Notes under the pieces: model-generated
Databases searched by the model: none
The model's input: only the letters and a program-made list of their open reading frames with translations
What the model was told of the DNA's origin: nothing
Shown: piece by piece, positions 25,683 to 38,210 of the stretch
Layout of the letters: each line of letters starts with the position of its first letter
Position numbering within the stretch: the stretch's first letter is position 1
Source: the human T2T-CHM13v2.0 reference genome, Homo sapiens
NCBI RefSeq assembly: GCF_009914755.1
Contig: NC_060936.1
Length of the DNA: 64,000 nucleotides
Direction: 5' to 3' (one strand)
Translations under genes and position numbers: made by a program

Positions 25683-25859
25683 TTATCACCATTATCAGGA
25701 CAGACAGAATAAATGAACCTACATGTAAAGTTTGCTTTACATTTTGGGTTGTTTTTCTAGAGAATATATCTTCCTGTTGGTATGCTAGCTATTCTGCAGG
25801 TCCAGATGAGCAATATTTGAAAGCCTACTTCTATGTATGTGGCAGATCAATGATTCCTA

Positions 25860-25985
25860 ATGATCTTGAGGTGCTTGTTTAACATGCAGATTCGAAGCTC
25901 CACTCTGAAGCTACTTCTCAAAGGATCTAGAGAATGGGACTTGGGAATCTGAATTTTTATTTGGCCACTGAGGTGAATGTTTAAG
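25860..25985. mobile_element. MER5-like hAT-Charlie fragment
   Basis: GGTGCTTGTTTAACATGCAGATTC...GGGACTTGGGAATCTGAATTTTTA. Confidence 0.5.
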
Positions 25986-26484
25986 AATGACTCTCCTGAA
26001 GATAGTGAATAGGTGCGCTTTCCAGAGTCTATCATCAGGTGATAAGTTGGATACTCAGACTGTATAACACCAATATAACAAATATAGAGAAAGGGAAAAA
26101 TCTCATCTCCGTAAATAATTACTGGAGGAAACTAGAAAATATGCTAACTTAAAAGAGCAACAGTATAAATAAAAATGACACAAGTGCAAGATAATTCTTT
26201 ATAGCACTGTTGAACTAGCAAAAGATTGACAACAACACAATTATTCATAGGTGGGGTACTGATTAAGTAAACTACAGCACATTCACATACAAAAACTATC
26301 CAGCTGTATAAAGGAATGAGAAAACCATATATTGCAAAGGTATGTTGTTAAGCAAAAAGTTATGAGCAATATATAGTGTAAAAAAGGAGGAAAGTAAAAT
26401 ATATGTTCATGATTAGCTGTGTTTATTCCCATGAGGAAGTGCTGAAGAGATACAGAAGAAACCAACAAAAGTCGTGTGGCATTT

Positions 26485-27559
26485 TATTTTGAGAACCTCC
26501 AGCTAAATTAGGATTTTCATTTCATTTTCCTAGCAGAAAATGAAGGAGAGTTGGACATAGGTGTGTATAGTGTGCCTCTCACAGTAAACTTGTGGCATCC
26601 CTGGAAGATGTCTAGTTGCTCAACCTGTGACTAGGGGATCCCTCACATGAGAAATTTGTTTATGCAGGTAGATGCCCTTGCGGCTCTTGTCTAACCCATC
26701 TCCAGTTTTCACCTGCCTGACTACTGCTTTGCCACTGGGAGCAGAAACTTGTGTTCTCCCTATCACCTCTGGGGAAAATTTGGCCTGGGGTAGTTCCTGG
26801 TTCTTCAGATGGAAGGCAAAAATTTAATATACCACCGCCATAGGAAATGGGAAAAAAGTTGCGGGCAAGGAGGGCACAATGAGTTGGGTGGTCAGTCCTC
26901 TGTCCCCAGGTCACGTGAAACAGGAATGAAGAATCAGACAGAGAAAGAGAGCATGACAACTAGCAGTATATATATAAGGGAATAGGGCATGAGTCACTTT
27001 AAGTTTGTGGGCAAATGCCTGAATGATTTGTTTAAAGGAAACAGCAGGAAAAGTGGGGAGCCCAGTGATGTGGTTTGGCTCTGTGTCCCCATCCAAATAT
27101 CATGTCAAATTGTAATCCCCATGTGTCGGGGGCAGGCCTTGTGGGAGGTGATTGGATCATGGGGACAGATTTCCCCCTTGCTGTTCTTGTGATAGTGAGT
27201 GAGTTATGAGTTCTGATGGTTTAAAACTGTACGGCACTTCCTTCTTCTCTCTCTGTCTCTCTTGCTCTGCCATGGTAAAGACAGGCTTGCTTCCCCCTCT
27301 GTCATGATTATAAGTTTCCTGAGGCCTCCCAGCCATGCTCACTCTATGGCCTAGAGAACTTGAGTCAATTAAACCTATATTCTTCATAAATACCCAATCT
27401 CAGGTAGTTCTTTATAGCAGTGTGAGAAGGGACTAATACACCTAGTCTACTTGGTGAAGAAGATACCTCTAAGTTCCTATCTCTGGTCACTGGCTTGGCT
27501 AGTTGGGTGTGGTAAGCTAATGCCTAGGCAGTAATCTATACTGTGTCATTCCTGTTACA
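26485..27559 (-). mobile_element. ERVL solo LTR (MER54/MER73/LTR53 group), split by MSTA
   Basis: Minus strand TGTAACAGG...AGACAAGAGCCGCAAGGGCATCT...AATTTAGCTGGAGGTTCTCAAAATA. Flanks CATTT/TATTT. Confidence 0.7.
27066..27440 (+). mobile_element. MSTA solo LTR
   Basis: TGATGTGGTTTGGCTCTGTGTCCCC...GGACTAATACA. TSD CCCAG/CCTAG. Confidence 0.9.
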
Positions 27560-27807
27560 TATTTTTTGCAATAATAGCCTTATAGATTCACACCTCTTTT
27601 TATCTACTCTCTTTGGGTAATACTGTGCCACACTGTCTCTGAGATTGGCCGTGGGATTTGCTTTGGCCAATGTGATGCAAGCAGAATTTGGGAATTGCCT
27701 TCTCTTATTGTTCTTGGAACCCTCTGCCTGCCATCTGAAGATGCCCAGACTGGCCTGGTGGATAATGAGAGACACAAGAACCAGCTGCCTACCCACTTCT
27801 TACCTCC

Positions 27808-28385
27808 TGTAACCTATCTAGCAGTCTATTAACTGCAGAGTGATATGTAATAAGGGATTTACCATAAGACTTAGACCTTGCACAGTTGAAAGTTATTGAC
27901 CAGAAACCACAATGGAGATCTGGGGAAAGCTGTTGATTTTGCATCTGATACTATTTCTGAAGTCACTGAAGCAAGACAGGTAGTCAAAAAGAAAACCTGG
28001 GCACAAAACAAGAGAGAATGAGGACACACTGGAACCCATGTCTGTCTTCTATTGCATCTAACTCCTTTGCTATGGAGCTGCACATGTGCCTGGCCCAGGA
28101 TTTAGGGAAGCTAGAGGAGGAGATTCATGGGAGCTGGAGGAATTGTGTGTCTTGCTGCTGTCCCATGCCAAAGGGTAAGCTAGCAGATCAATGGCATGCG
28201 TGAGTTGCAACAGTGCTTGGGCCCTGCACCAACATTGCAAGTATAAAGACTGCTGCTTTACTTCTACCTTCCAGGTATCATGCAAATAGCTTGTGTTGTC
28301 TGCCCTAATCCAGAATTACACAGGGAAGGGAATTCTAGGAAATACACTTGAATTTAAGCTAAGTCAATGCAGTATAACCACCATG
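27808..28385 (-). mobile_element. Old ERVL LTR (LTR41/LTR50/LTR33 group)
   Basis: GAGGACACACTGGAACCCATGTCTGTC and CAGGGAAGGGAATTCTAGGAAATA motifs. Confidence 0.55.
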
Positions 28386-28632
28386 TCAATTTAACACATT
28401 CAGCCTCCAGCCAAATGGCCAACTGACCCCAGACACATGAGCCTACTCAGCAGTTTGGCCAGCAGCACCCAGACCAGAACTATTCAGCTTACCATAGGAT
28501 CACAAGCTAAATAAACAGTTGTTTTAAGCCACTACATTTGTTGCACATCCAAAACTGATACAGGTAATTATCTAAAAATGGTGAGCTAGATGGGTAGCAG
28601 AGCAGACGGGGACAGAAGTAGCAGTTAGACTT

Positions 28633-28712
28633 CTTATTCAATGAGGCTTATTCAATGAGGCTTATTCAATGAGGCTTGTGTCATACACCTTATTCAATGA
28701 GGCTTGTGTCAT
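28633..28712. repeat. Perfect short tandem duplications, unit CTTATTCAATGAGG
   Basis: Three adjacent copies, then CTTGTGTCATACAC, a fourth copy and CTTGTGTCAT. Confidence 0.95.
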
Positions 28713-28939
28713 TTTATTTTTTGAATTGTGTAAATGTATTACTTCTTAATAAAGGATAAAATTAATTTAAAAACATGTGGAGAGACTGTAGTATGCTATT
28801 GAACAGTTTGTTAGCCATTGCAAAAGGCACTAACTAAAAGTGAGAAGTGTAATTCAGAAGAAGAGAAGACGAGGTATGTGCAAGTCAATTGAGTCTCCAT
28901 GGGATATGGAACAATCATCCGCCCAATTCATCTGACCAG

Positions 28940-29885
28940 CGTCTACCTGGGCATCAACCTGTCTTCCTCTCTTGCCTTCATCTCTTAACTCCAATCCATC
29001 AACGAAGCCTTGGATTCCATATCTGAGGTATCTCTTAAATATGCCATCTTTTTGTTTCCATTGCTATTTCCGTGGTCCAGGTACCAACATCTCCTGCCAA
29101 GACCGTTCCAATAGCATCCTAACTCATATCTCTATGACCATATTGCTTGCCTCCAGTTCATTCTTGTACTTAAAAAATGTGTTTCTTAAAATATTAAGTA
29201 GATCATGTCATCCCTTGCCCCCATCTTCTGCATGAAGCCTTCCACAAATGTCTTTCCATTATGTTTTTAATTTATGTAAACTTTTTTCCGATTTATAATA
29301 TTCTGCAAGACCATACTACTATCAACTTCTCTGATCTCTAGTGTCATTCTCCCAGACCCACCCTACTAGACCCCAACTACAATGGACGTCTTTCAGTTCT
29401 TTAAACACTTAACTTCATGTCTTTGCCCTTTGCACTTGATGTTCATTGATATCACCTGGATATGCATCCCCACCTAAGTATGTTGAATTGAAATCCCCAA
29501 TGTCGGAATTGGGGTTTGTTGGGAGGTAATTGAATCATCGGGGTGGATGTCTCATGAATGCTTTAGATCATCCCCTTGGTGTTCTTTTTGTAATAGTGAA
29601 GATGCTGAAACCATGCCTCCTACAAAGCCTACAGAGCTGTGAGTCAATTAAACCTCCTTTTTGACAAAATAAAAATACCCACTTTCAGGTATTTCTTTAT
29701 AGCAATGCAAGAATGGCCTAATACATTCATTATGTCTGTTCTTTATTTATCTCCCTAATAGAATATAAGCTCTATGAAGGCAGGAATCCTGTCTACTTTG
29801 TTAATCATTATATCCCCTAGTTGCAGCATGGGGGTTTGCACAATGGGCCCTAAAAAAATATTTGGCAGATGAATGAATGAATGAA
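28940..29885 (+). mobile_element. L2 3' region, split by an MST LTR
   Basis: CCAATCCATCAACGAAG..., CCAATAGCATCCTAACT, TAAGCTCTATGAAGGCAGGAAT and (GAAT)n tail. Confidence 0.7.
29447..29725 (+). mobile_element. MST LTR with internal deletion
   Basis: TGATAT...GGGAGGTAATTGAATCAT...GCAATGCAAGAATGGCCTAATACA. Perfect TSD TTCAT (29442-29446, 29726-29730). Confidence 0.85.
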
Positions 29886-30735
29886 GCAAGATGGATTATA
29901 TCAATCCAATTCCATTGGAATATTTTCATTTTTAAACATTCTCTGTTTCTTCTTCCTGGAACTATCTTCACTTATATTTGTTTATCTGGCTCTAGCCCTC
30001 TCTTTATTCAGGTCGTTGCAGCAATGTCTCTTTCTCAGAAAGGCCTACCCTGACCCCTATCTCACGTAGTCTGCACTTGATCCTTTCTAATTTCTTATCG
30101 GTCACCCTCTGCAAATATATTATTTATGTGTTTATAGGACGGCAGGAATTGTGTTTTTCTTATTAGAATCCGCATTTTCAGTTAAGAACAGTACTTAACA
30201 CATAGGAAATGTTTGATGATAAAAGGGAGGATATTTAATGAATGAATGAAGAAAGGAAGGAATAAAACTATGGATGGTGATCTTACCTTGTTCTTTGTAG
30301 CCTCCCTCTAAGGACTGGAAATACTGACCTTTAATTCCAGCCTAGTCCCCAGAACCCAGCTACCATTAGCAGGGCTTGCCATTGCTGAGCATGTTGAAGT
30401 AGACTGAATTCTCCACCTCTGTGCTGCATTCACCTCCTGGAATTTACCTTCCCTTGTTCTAATTGCTACCAATTTGCCTGAACCATGACAAGATTGCTTT
30501 ATCCCCTTGGATGTCATCATACTTGGCTTGCCAAACTGCATCTTCTCTCTTGCTCTGTGTCCCACCATTGCACTTCTCTTGGAAAGTTTGGAGCCTGTCC
30601 CTGTTTCCTCCCCCAGCTGCCTCAATTTGATATATGTAACTGTCCACACATCCCCAAGTCCTGAGACGTGACTGAGGGAACAGAAAAATCAAGTCCACAA
30701 AAAGTTAAAAAACAAAACAAAACAAAAAACCTCAG

Positions 30736-30910
30736 TGTGATGGTTAATTTTGTGTATTAACTTGATTGGGCTGTGGGATGCCCAGATATCTTGCTGAACA
30801 TTATTTCTGCATATGATGTGAGAGTGTTTGCAAAAGAGATTAGCATTCGGATTGGTAGACTGAGTAAAGTAGATGGCTCTCCTCAGTGTGGGTGGGCATC
30901 ATTCAGTTCA
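30736..30910 (+). mobile_element. MLT2 LTR 5' fragment
   Basis: TGTGATGGTTAATTTTGTGTATTAACTTGATTGGGCT...GACTGAGTAAAGTAGATGGCTCTC. Confidence 0.8.
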
Positions 30911-31904
30911 CAGCTGCAGAGAATCACATAATTTGAATACACCACAATGCATTCAACCATTCCTCTACTGGTGGCCATATACATAGCTTTTACTTTACAT
31001 TGTTTGCAGTAAGCATCCTGTGCAGTCCTGGAAGACTTTCACTATGATTCCATTTATGTGAAAAGAAAAAAAAAGTCTGAATATTTTCCAAGGTATGGGC
31101 ATATATGTAATTACATAAATGCATAGGAACAATCTGTTAATAGTAGTTACTTCTGAGGATCAAGGTAGTATTCAAAGTGACTTTTTGCTTCTCTATAATA
31201 TTTTAGTTTCATAATAAGGAAAACACAAGCTACATTACTTGTGGGATTAAAGATGATTAAAAACATTAATAGAACAAACATTGGCTTAAAAAAATGTTAA
31301 CCTCCTTTTCCCAAAGTACCTTTTTGGGGAGAGAGTGGAAAGTGATAATGTGATTGAACTTTGTCTATTCCCGTCTCTAGGGTAAAGTTGTGGAATGTTG
31401 CAAAAGGTAAACTTCCAGATTGCCCTGGGAGGAGGCCATCTGGGTAGCCCACCACCCAATTTATTAGCATGGTAAATCATCTTTCTTTCGTGTATTTTAA
31501 GGACTTTTGACTTTCACTTTCAACTTTGTCTTTTGCGTAAAGGGACTAGAATCTAATAAATGGAAACCTGTCTCAGCATTTTATTACAGAAGATTCCTGG
31601 AACATAGCTGCATCTCTGCAAAAGTTACCTAGGACTTCCCAGAAAAGCCCAGGCCCAGAATCTGCAATTGCATCATGGTGCAGTGTTTGGACACCACAGC
31701 TGTTAGTGGGCTGTCACAGGGCTATGTCATTGGATGTCTGAGCCACTGAAGTACATTAGAAAGGTGTGATAACAATGAAACAAGACACCTCTTGCATTTA
31801 TATTGGGCTTTTCTTTTGCAAATGTTTCCTAGTACTTCACACATATTTAAAAGATAACAATATGATAATTTTGGGGCAGGTGTCACTATCCCTGTTTTAC
31901 TGAG

Positions 31905-32310
31905 AGACTGCTCCAGCCATGCTGACATTTCAGTCTCTTAGTCAAGCACACAGGACCTTTACACTTGCTGCTCCACTGCCTGGGAATGCTTTTTATCCAG
32001 ACTTCCTTGGAGGATTCTTCTGTCATTTAGTTCACAGCTCCGAGGTTAACTCCTTAAAGCAACCTTCTCTGACCACCCTAGCACTCCTCCAGTTACTTTC
32101 TATTACATCCTCATGTCTTATATTCTGTAAAGAACATACCACTATCTATAACTCTGCGGTTGACTTCTTTACTTTATGTATGTCTGTATTCCTCCAGTCA
32201 AACATAAAAGGGCATAGCACTTTGTCATGGTCACTGCTAAATGCACAGAACAGTTCCTGCTATCCTGTAGGCACTCAAGAATAGCTTTGAATACATCAAT
32301 AAATTGTTTC
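31905..32310 (+). mobile_element. L2 3' fragment
   Basis: CAGGACCTTTACACTTGCTGCTCCACTGCCTGGGAATGCT...GTAGGCACTCAAGAATA. Confidence 0.65.
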
Positions 32311-32324
32311 CCAGTGATTGGTCT

Positions 32325-32512
32325 AGAACAGTTGGTTCTCGGTCCTGATAGGCACATTAGAATTACCTAGAGGGCTTTTAAAAAATACAGTAGCCAGGAC
32401 CACCCTCCAGCAGTGCCCATTTACTGGGGCTGCAGCGGAGCCCAGCACTTTGTAGTTTTAAAAGCTACTTAGATGATTCTAATATATGCCCAAGTCTGGG
32501 GAGCCTGGGCCA
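32325..32512. mobile_element. MER5 (hAT-Charlie MITE)
   Basis: CAGTTGGTTCTC...CACATTAGAATTACCTAGAGGGCTTTTAAAAAATACA...GATGATTCTAAT. Confidence 0.7.
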
Positions 32513-33039
32513 GATAATCTTTTCAGTTCTTTGTGATCCTGTTGCATTTCCCCAGGAGAGAGATTATGGTGATAGGGACTGCAGTGGTCACAGGGAAGGT
32601 TGTTAGATGGGGTTGCACTTGGACTAGGATACAGTACACCTGAGGCCAGACGGATGGAGACATGCCTGAGATCATTTGCTTTGTCAGCAGAACAGAGACC
32701 ACAACCCACAGGTTCTGATTATAAAGAAGGGCTCTCCCTGAAACATGATGTCACCCTCTTCTTAGATACCCATTTACTCCATGGTATTCTGAGACCCTAC
32801 AGAAGTCAGTGCACAGATATTGACTACCTCTTCTCTGAGCTTAGAATTGCATTTAAGTGGCAGATCGGCTGAAAGGAAGAAACTTCCGGATATGAGCCTC
32901 CTGTTATTATTGTTTTCATCCTCCTGTTTTTCCTTCTGCTTCAATTCTCTTACTCTCTGCATTTCTCTCTCTCTCTGTAATCTTACCACTTTCTAGTCCC
33001 CCTAGAACTTTCTAGAATGCTTCCTCAAATATTTGAAAG

Positions 33040-33287
33040 TCCCCCTTTTTCCTTCCATCCTTCCCTCTCATTCTTTTTCTCCTTCCTTTCTCCCTTCCTT
33101 CCTTCCCTCCCTCCCTCCCTCCCTTCATTCTTTCTTTCTCTTTCTTTCTTTCTCTTTCTTTCTCTCTTTCCTTTCTCTTTCTCTCTTTCCTTTCTCTCTT
33201 CCTCTCTCCCTCCTTCTTTCTCTCTCCCTCTCACTCCTTCCTTCCTTTCTTTCTCTTTCTTTCTTCCTTCTTTTCTCTCTTTCTTTC
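33040..33287. repeat. Polypyrimidine (CT-rich) low-complexity tract
   Basis: About 245 bp of almost only C/T; a mosaic of CCTT, CTTT and CCCT. Confidence 0.95.
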
Positions 33288-35139
33288 AAAACATGGAGAG
33301 TTCTCTGTATTGCACTGTGTGCAATCTATAGATAAGAAAAAGCTCTGCATCCAAATACTTCATCACATCCTCATGCAAGGAGGCCACACAAATTACACTT
33401 CACTGTAAATCCCAGATGAACTTCTCATCTTCTCAGACTAGAGAAATGGGGAGAGAATTGGGGTGCGGTCACTTGACCCTTCTCTAGCCTGTGGGAGTTG
33501 CAAAGTTCCTGGGAAACAATAGACCATCAAGGAATTTGGAGAATATGGGTCACATGAATTTTTGAATTTTGTCAGTCTCTAAACAAAACCCCCTCTTCTG
33601 TCAATTAGACAAGTGACTTATGAGGAGTGAAGTTTGCACATGGTTTGGACACACCATGCCCTGGGGATGAAAAGAGAAGGAAATGTGATTTTATTTGGAA
33701 GACGTTTTAGACTGTTGGCTGTCTAGTACTGAGAATAAAATCTGGGTGCCCAAGGGATAGAGCAGAAGTGGGGCTGGTGCAGAGTAGAAAGATGGATTGA
33801 ACAAGATGCAGGGGCTGGCCCTGAGTGAAGCACAGCATTGCTTGCAGCTGTGGAATGGTTTAGGGGTCCCATTTCCCTAGATTCCTATAAGATCTCCTTT
33901 CCTTCTGATACAGTGGTGAGGAGACACAGGGCATGTCATGTTCAGCCCTCTTGGCACTAGTGGGAACTTGTGCTTGGTGTCTGTGTACATAGATGTGAAA
34001 TTCACCAGACCTGACATTCTGCTGGGTTGTTCAGGGGGAAAGGCCAGGTGGGACATGGCATGGTCATTATGTGACCACATAGCACACACTGTTCTTCTCT
34101 GATTCAGCACTTCACATTCTCCAGTGGAAAATTAGCAAGAAATACTCATTTGTGTCAGTCTTTCCTCATGATTTAAATGTTGTAAGCTTTAACCAGGACA
34201 CCTGTGTTTGTTAGGCAATCATAGAGAAGGCTTTTGAGAGGTTTACAAAAGGCTAGGCAGTGCAAGGGATGAGTAATGAAATGGAGGTTCCCCTTGGGGT
34301 AGAAGAGAGTGTGTGGGAAGATGTAGTTGGGAGGGGTAGAAAAGAAGGGAGTGATGTGAAAAACTAGCTTCTCTATTCATCCATTCAACACTTTTATAGC
34401 TATTTATTGAGCTCCATTGTGTACAAGGTACTTTAATAAGCGTAGAAGGTATATCAGGTTGAATCTGAGAGTCCTTGACTTTCCTATCTTTGTTCACCAT
34501 ATTCTTATTTATTGCCTGTGGAGACTTTCCTGACTCCTAGGCAGACATGTTGCTCTTTCTCTATGCTTTATCTCTTGCTTCTCTGTGCTTTTGCGCGTAC
34601 TTCTCCTGTGGCAGTTATCACACTTATTATAGTCTAATTTTCTGTGCATATATCTGCCTATTTTATAAGGCTCTGAGCCGTGCAGGCAGGAGTCATGTCA
34701 TAGTCATCTCTGACTCCCATGCACACGGAAGGTGCTTAGTAAAGGTTTTTAAAACAAATTTGACAATGAACATTTAATTTGGAAAGGTAGATTGCTCTTC
34801 ACATATTTATAAATATGATGATGGTGATGATGACGATGATGTGGATGATTTAATTTCCCAATCTGTTCTAGGAACCGAGGACGCAGGTTTGAATGTAATA
34901 TGGTAAGACCCATGGATTTTTAATTTCATTCTTCAAACAATTAATAATATGAGAACAATCCCACGGAAGATCAGTGGGTGCACCAAAATTAGTGGTCATT
35001 ATTTAGATAGGGTTGATACAGTTGTTATTGTTGTTTCAAATCAAATCAGTGTGGTCCCTCACTAACTCATCTGTTCCATCTCTTATTGTCCCCAAACCAT
35101 GCCCTCAACATGTCACATCCAGGAAGTACTCAACAGTAG

Positions 35140-35688
<549 letters not shown>

Positions 35689-36446
35689 CAGGGACTGTAT
35701 TCTTAACTTCTGTGCTATATTGTATCCTCTCTTTGACTATTGGCCCTATAGGAGATTTATGCACGTGGAGGGATAAACAAGTTTCACCCTTTGTGTTGAG
35801 GATCTTTTGCTTGAAGGAGACATTCCTTGCACTGAGTTTCCCTCATTTACTCTTCAGGACTGGGCATCATCCTCTTTGAGAAGTTGTCCCTAATCTTTTC
35901 CAGAAGAAGCCAGATATTGCTTTCTGTAATTCTATAAAACCTTTTGTTCTCCTTTTTCATGTGACCTCAACTGTAATCATCCAGTTTCTTGTCTGCTGCT
36001 CCCATGAGTCTGAGTTCCTTAAGATCAGAAACTTTTCCACTCATAGTGCCTAGCACCCAGTGCTGAATAAATAGTTTGTTTAATTAGTTAATTTTTGGGG
36101 ATGTGTAATTTACTTCCCATTTTTCAAGAGCCTGATGGAAAGAATGTTTATTCACTTATTACATCTAGTCATTTATTCATTCTTTCAATAGATACTTATT
36201 AAGAGAGGACCTGTTTATGTTAAGCATTCTTCTGTGGACTGGGAATACCAAGGTGAAAAAAAATATACACGGTTCTTGTTCATAAGAGGCTTACAGTCTA
36301 CTACTGGGGGGTCTAGATACATTAACCAGAATTGTCAAAAATTTGAGAAAATTATACAGAGTGTTATGGGAAAATGTAAAGCTAAACAGAAGGGTCCCTG
36401 GGCCTCAGAGAAAGCCCCCAATCCTACCAAGTTCATATGAACTCAG

Positions 36447-36648
36447 GGTATAGTTTAGAGAGTCAAAGGATGACACATTTGACATCCTTTGACTCTCTAG
36501 GATATGATCAAATGTGTCATCGTTGGACTCTCTAGGATATGCGCAAATGTGTCATCCTTTGACTTTCTAATATATGACCAAAAGTGTCATCATTTGACTC
36601 TCTAGGATATGACCAAATGTGTCATCCTTTGACTCTCCAGGATATACC
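36447..36648. repeat. 35-bp inverted repeat enclosing a tandem array of the same unit
   Basis: Unit CATCCTTTGACTCTCTAGGATATGACCAAATGTGT starts at 36483, 36518, 36553, 36588 and 36623 (partial). 36447-36481 is the reverse complement of 36614-36648 at 31/35 positions. Confidence 0.95.
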
Positions 36649-38049
36649 TCAAGTCAATAGCCACTTCTTATTGCAGGCCAATTAAATGCAGATTTGGACA
36701 AGTCTGGAAAAGTCAATACATTATTCTTACAAGAAGTCTTAGAATGATTGAGTTAAAGAGACCTCAATAATCATTGAATCCAAACTTCACATACAGTGGA
36801 AGGGCTCACAATAAACTTCTGGGTAAATTGATTGTTCATGGAGAATATGAATCCATGCCACTTTATAAGGATTTACTCAATGTCTCAACACTATTCCTAG
36901 GAACAAGTGGAGACCAGTGTCTTCCCAGAAACTTTATGAGGCATTTAGAGACATATCTTGGTGGCCTCAGGTACTTTCACACAGAATCCAGAACAAATCA
37001 TCCCAAACCATGTCTGAGTTTTCTCAGGGATTTATTCCAAATTCATCTTGGTGCTACCCTCTGGTGGGTAAAATCAGACAGCAGAGTTTGAACTTCTAAT
37101 CCTGAAGAACTTTCTGATGGAGTGATTTTTTGTTTTATTTAGAGGAGGGATCATAAGATATTATTAAAACAACTTGAACATCTGTTTTGGGAATAAAGTC
37201 ATTTAATTGTGCGACTGCCAAGCCACAGAGCCAAGCTCACCAAGAAAGCCTTCTTTCCTCCCAACCTTACGTAAAGCCTAATACCCAACTATAACAATAT
37301 GAACCCTCCAACATAAATGAAGAGTAAAAGGGAGGAGAATGGGGTCTTTACGTCAATGAAAATTCACCTGGTGGTTGGAAAGTCAGAACCCGTTTTCTCA
37401 AGCTACTTACCCCCTATTCAAACTCTCAGTGAATACTATAAAGAAGCAGTATCAAAAAGAGGCATTCATTGAATCCCAGGAAAATTCCTCCTCCTACCAC
37501 CACTGCCCTTTCCCCTATGAAGTTGAAGGTCTGAGGTCAGTCTTAGAGGAAATAAGAATCAGGTTTGGCAAGGACCCTTAAAGGACAAATGGAATGAGGT
37601 TATTCTAACTATGTGAGTCCAGTACTAGTGGAGCCTTGTCCTGCTGTTGGCCAAATGCTCAAGATACGGTCCTTAAGCTATTTAGACTCATTCATTTATT
37701 CAAAAAATATTGAGCACCTATCAGCTAATAGGCTCTGTGTCAGGCACAGGGCTCTATGACGGGATGGCACTTATATTTTAGGCAGCTAAAATACACTAAA
37801 CAGATACATACAACTATTGCTAGGGCGAAAGAACTATGAAAGAAACACACAAAACTCTGGGAATTTCTTCCTATCACATCTATGGCAGACCTGTTAGTCA
37901 ACCATTACACCCTTTCCCACATTCCTCTCAGCGAAAACCAATTGGCAAAAAGTTGAAGTCTACCTGCTATCACCAAACCTGGGTTTTCAGATAAGGACAC
38001 TGACACTCCTAAACAGGACATATCTATGTCATACCTGCTTAGTCACCAT

Positions 38050-38210
38050 ATCAGAGTTGGAAAACAGCTTAGAGATCTGCTTTGCTGAAGCCCCTTGTTT
38101 CGCAGTGACCCACAATGGGGAAGTAACCTGCCCCAATATCTCAGGATGTCACCAGAGGCAAAGGCCTGGTTAGAACTCATGTCTCATAACTTTAATTCTA
38201 GGACCTTTGC
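38050..38210 (-). mobile_element. MIR/MIR3 fragment
   Basis: AGAGTTGGAAAACAGCTTAGAGATC...GGGGAAGTAACCTGCCCCA...TAGAACTCATGTCTC. Confidence 0.55.

Larger units (their letters stand above)
26475..28562 (+). mobile_element. MLT1 (MLT1G/H-like) LTR in three pieces (26475-26484, 27560-27807, 28386-28562)
   Basis: TGTGGCATTT|TATTTTTTGCAATAATAGCC start, GATTTGCTTTGGCCAATG, and GTTGTTTTAAGCCACTA...AACTGATACA end. Confidence 0.65.
26170..28772 (+). mobile_element. Old L1 (L1ME-type) 3' end, interrupted at ~26475-28562
   Basis: TTTATAGCACTGTTGAACTAGCAAAAGATTG...GAAGAGATACAGAAGAAAC. Resumes after 28562 and ends TTGAATTGTGTAAATGTATTAC...AAAA. Confidence 0.55.

Noticed and set aside
28633-28712. Repeat-spacer-repeat pattern as mini-CRISPR
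   Set aside because: 14-bp units, and the 'spacer' is itself duplicated; simple slippage explains it.
33017-33335. Leu/Ser/Phe- or Arg/Glu/Lys-rich ORFs (also 41993-42348 and 55249-55545)
   Set aside because: Translation artefacts of simple repeats.
36483-36648. 35-bp repeats as a CRISPR array
   Set aside because: Units are directly adjacent with no unique spacers, there are no cas genes, and the context is primate DNA.
36774-37581. Short ORFs (105 aa, 68 aa) in unique sequence as coding exons
   Set aside because: Non-ATG starts, no recognisable domain and no convincing splice context.
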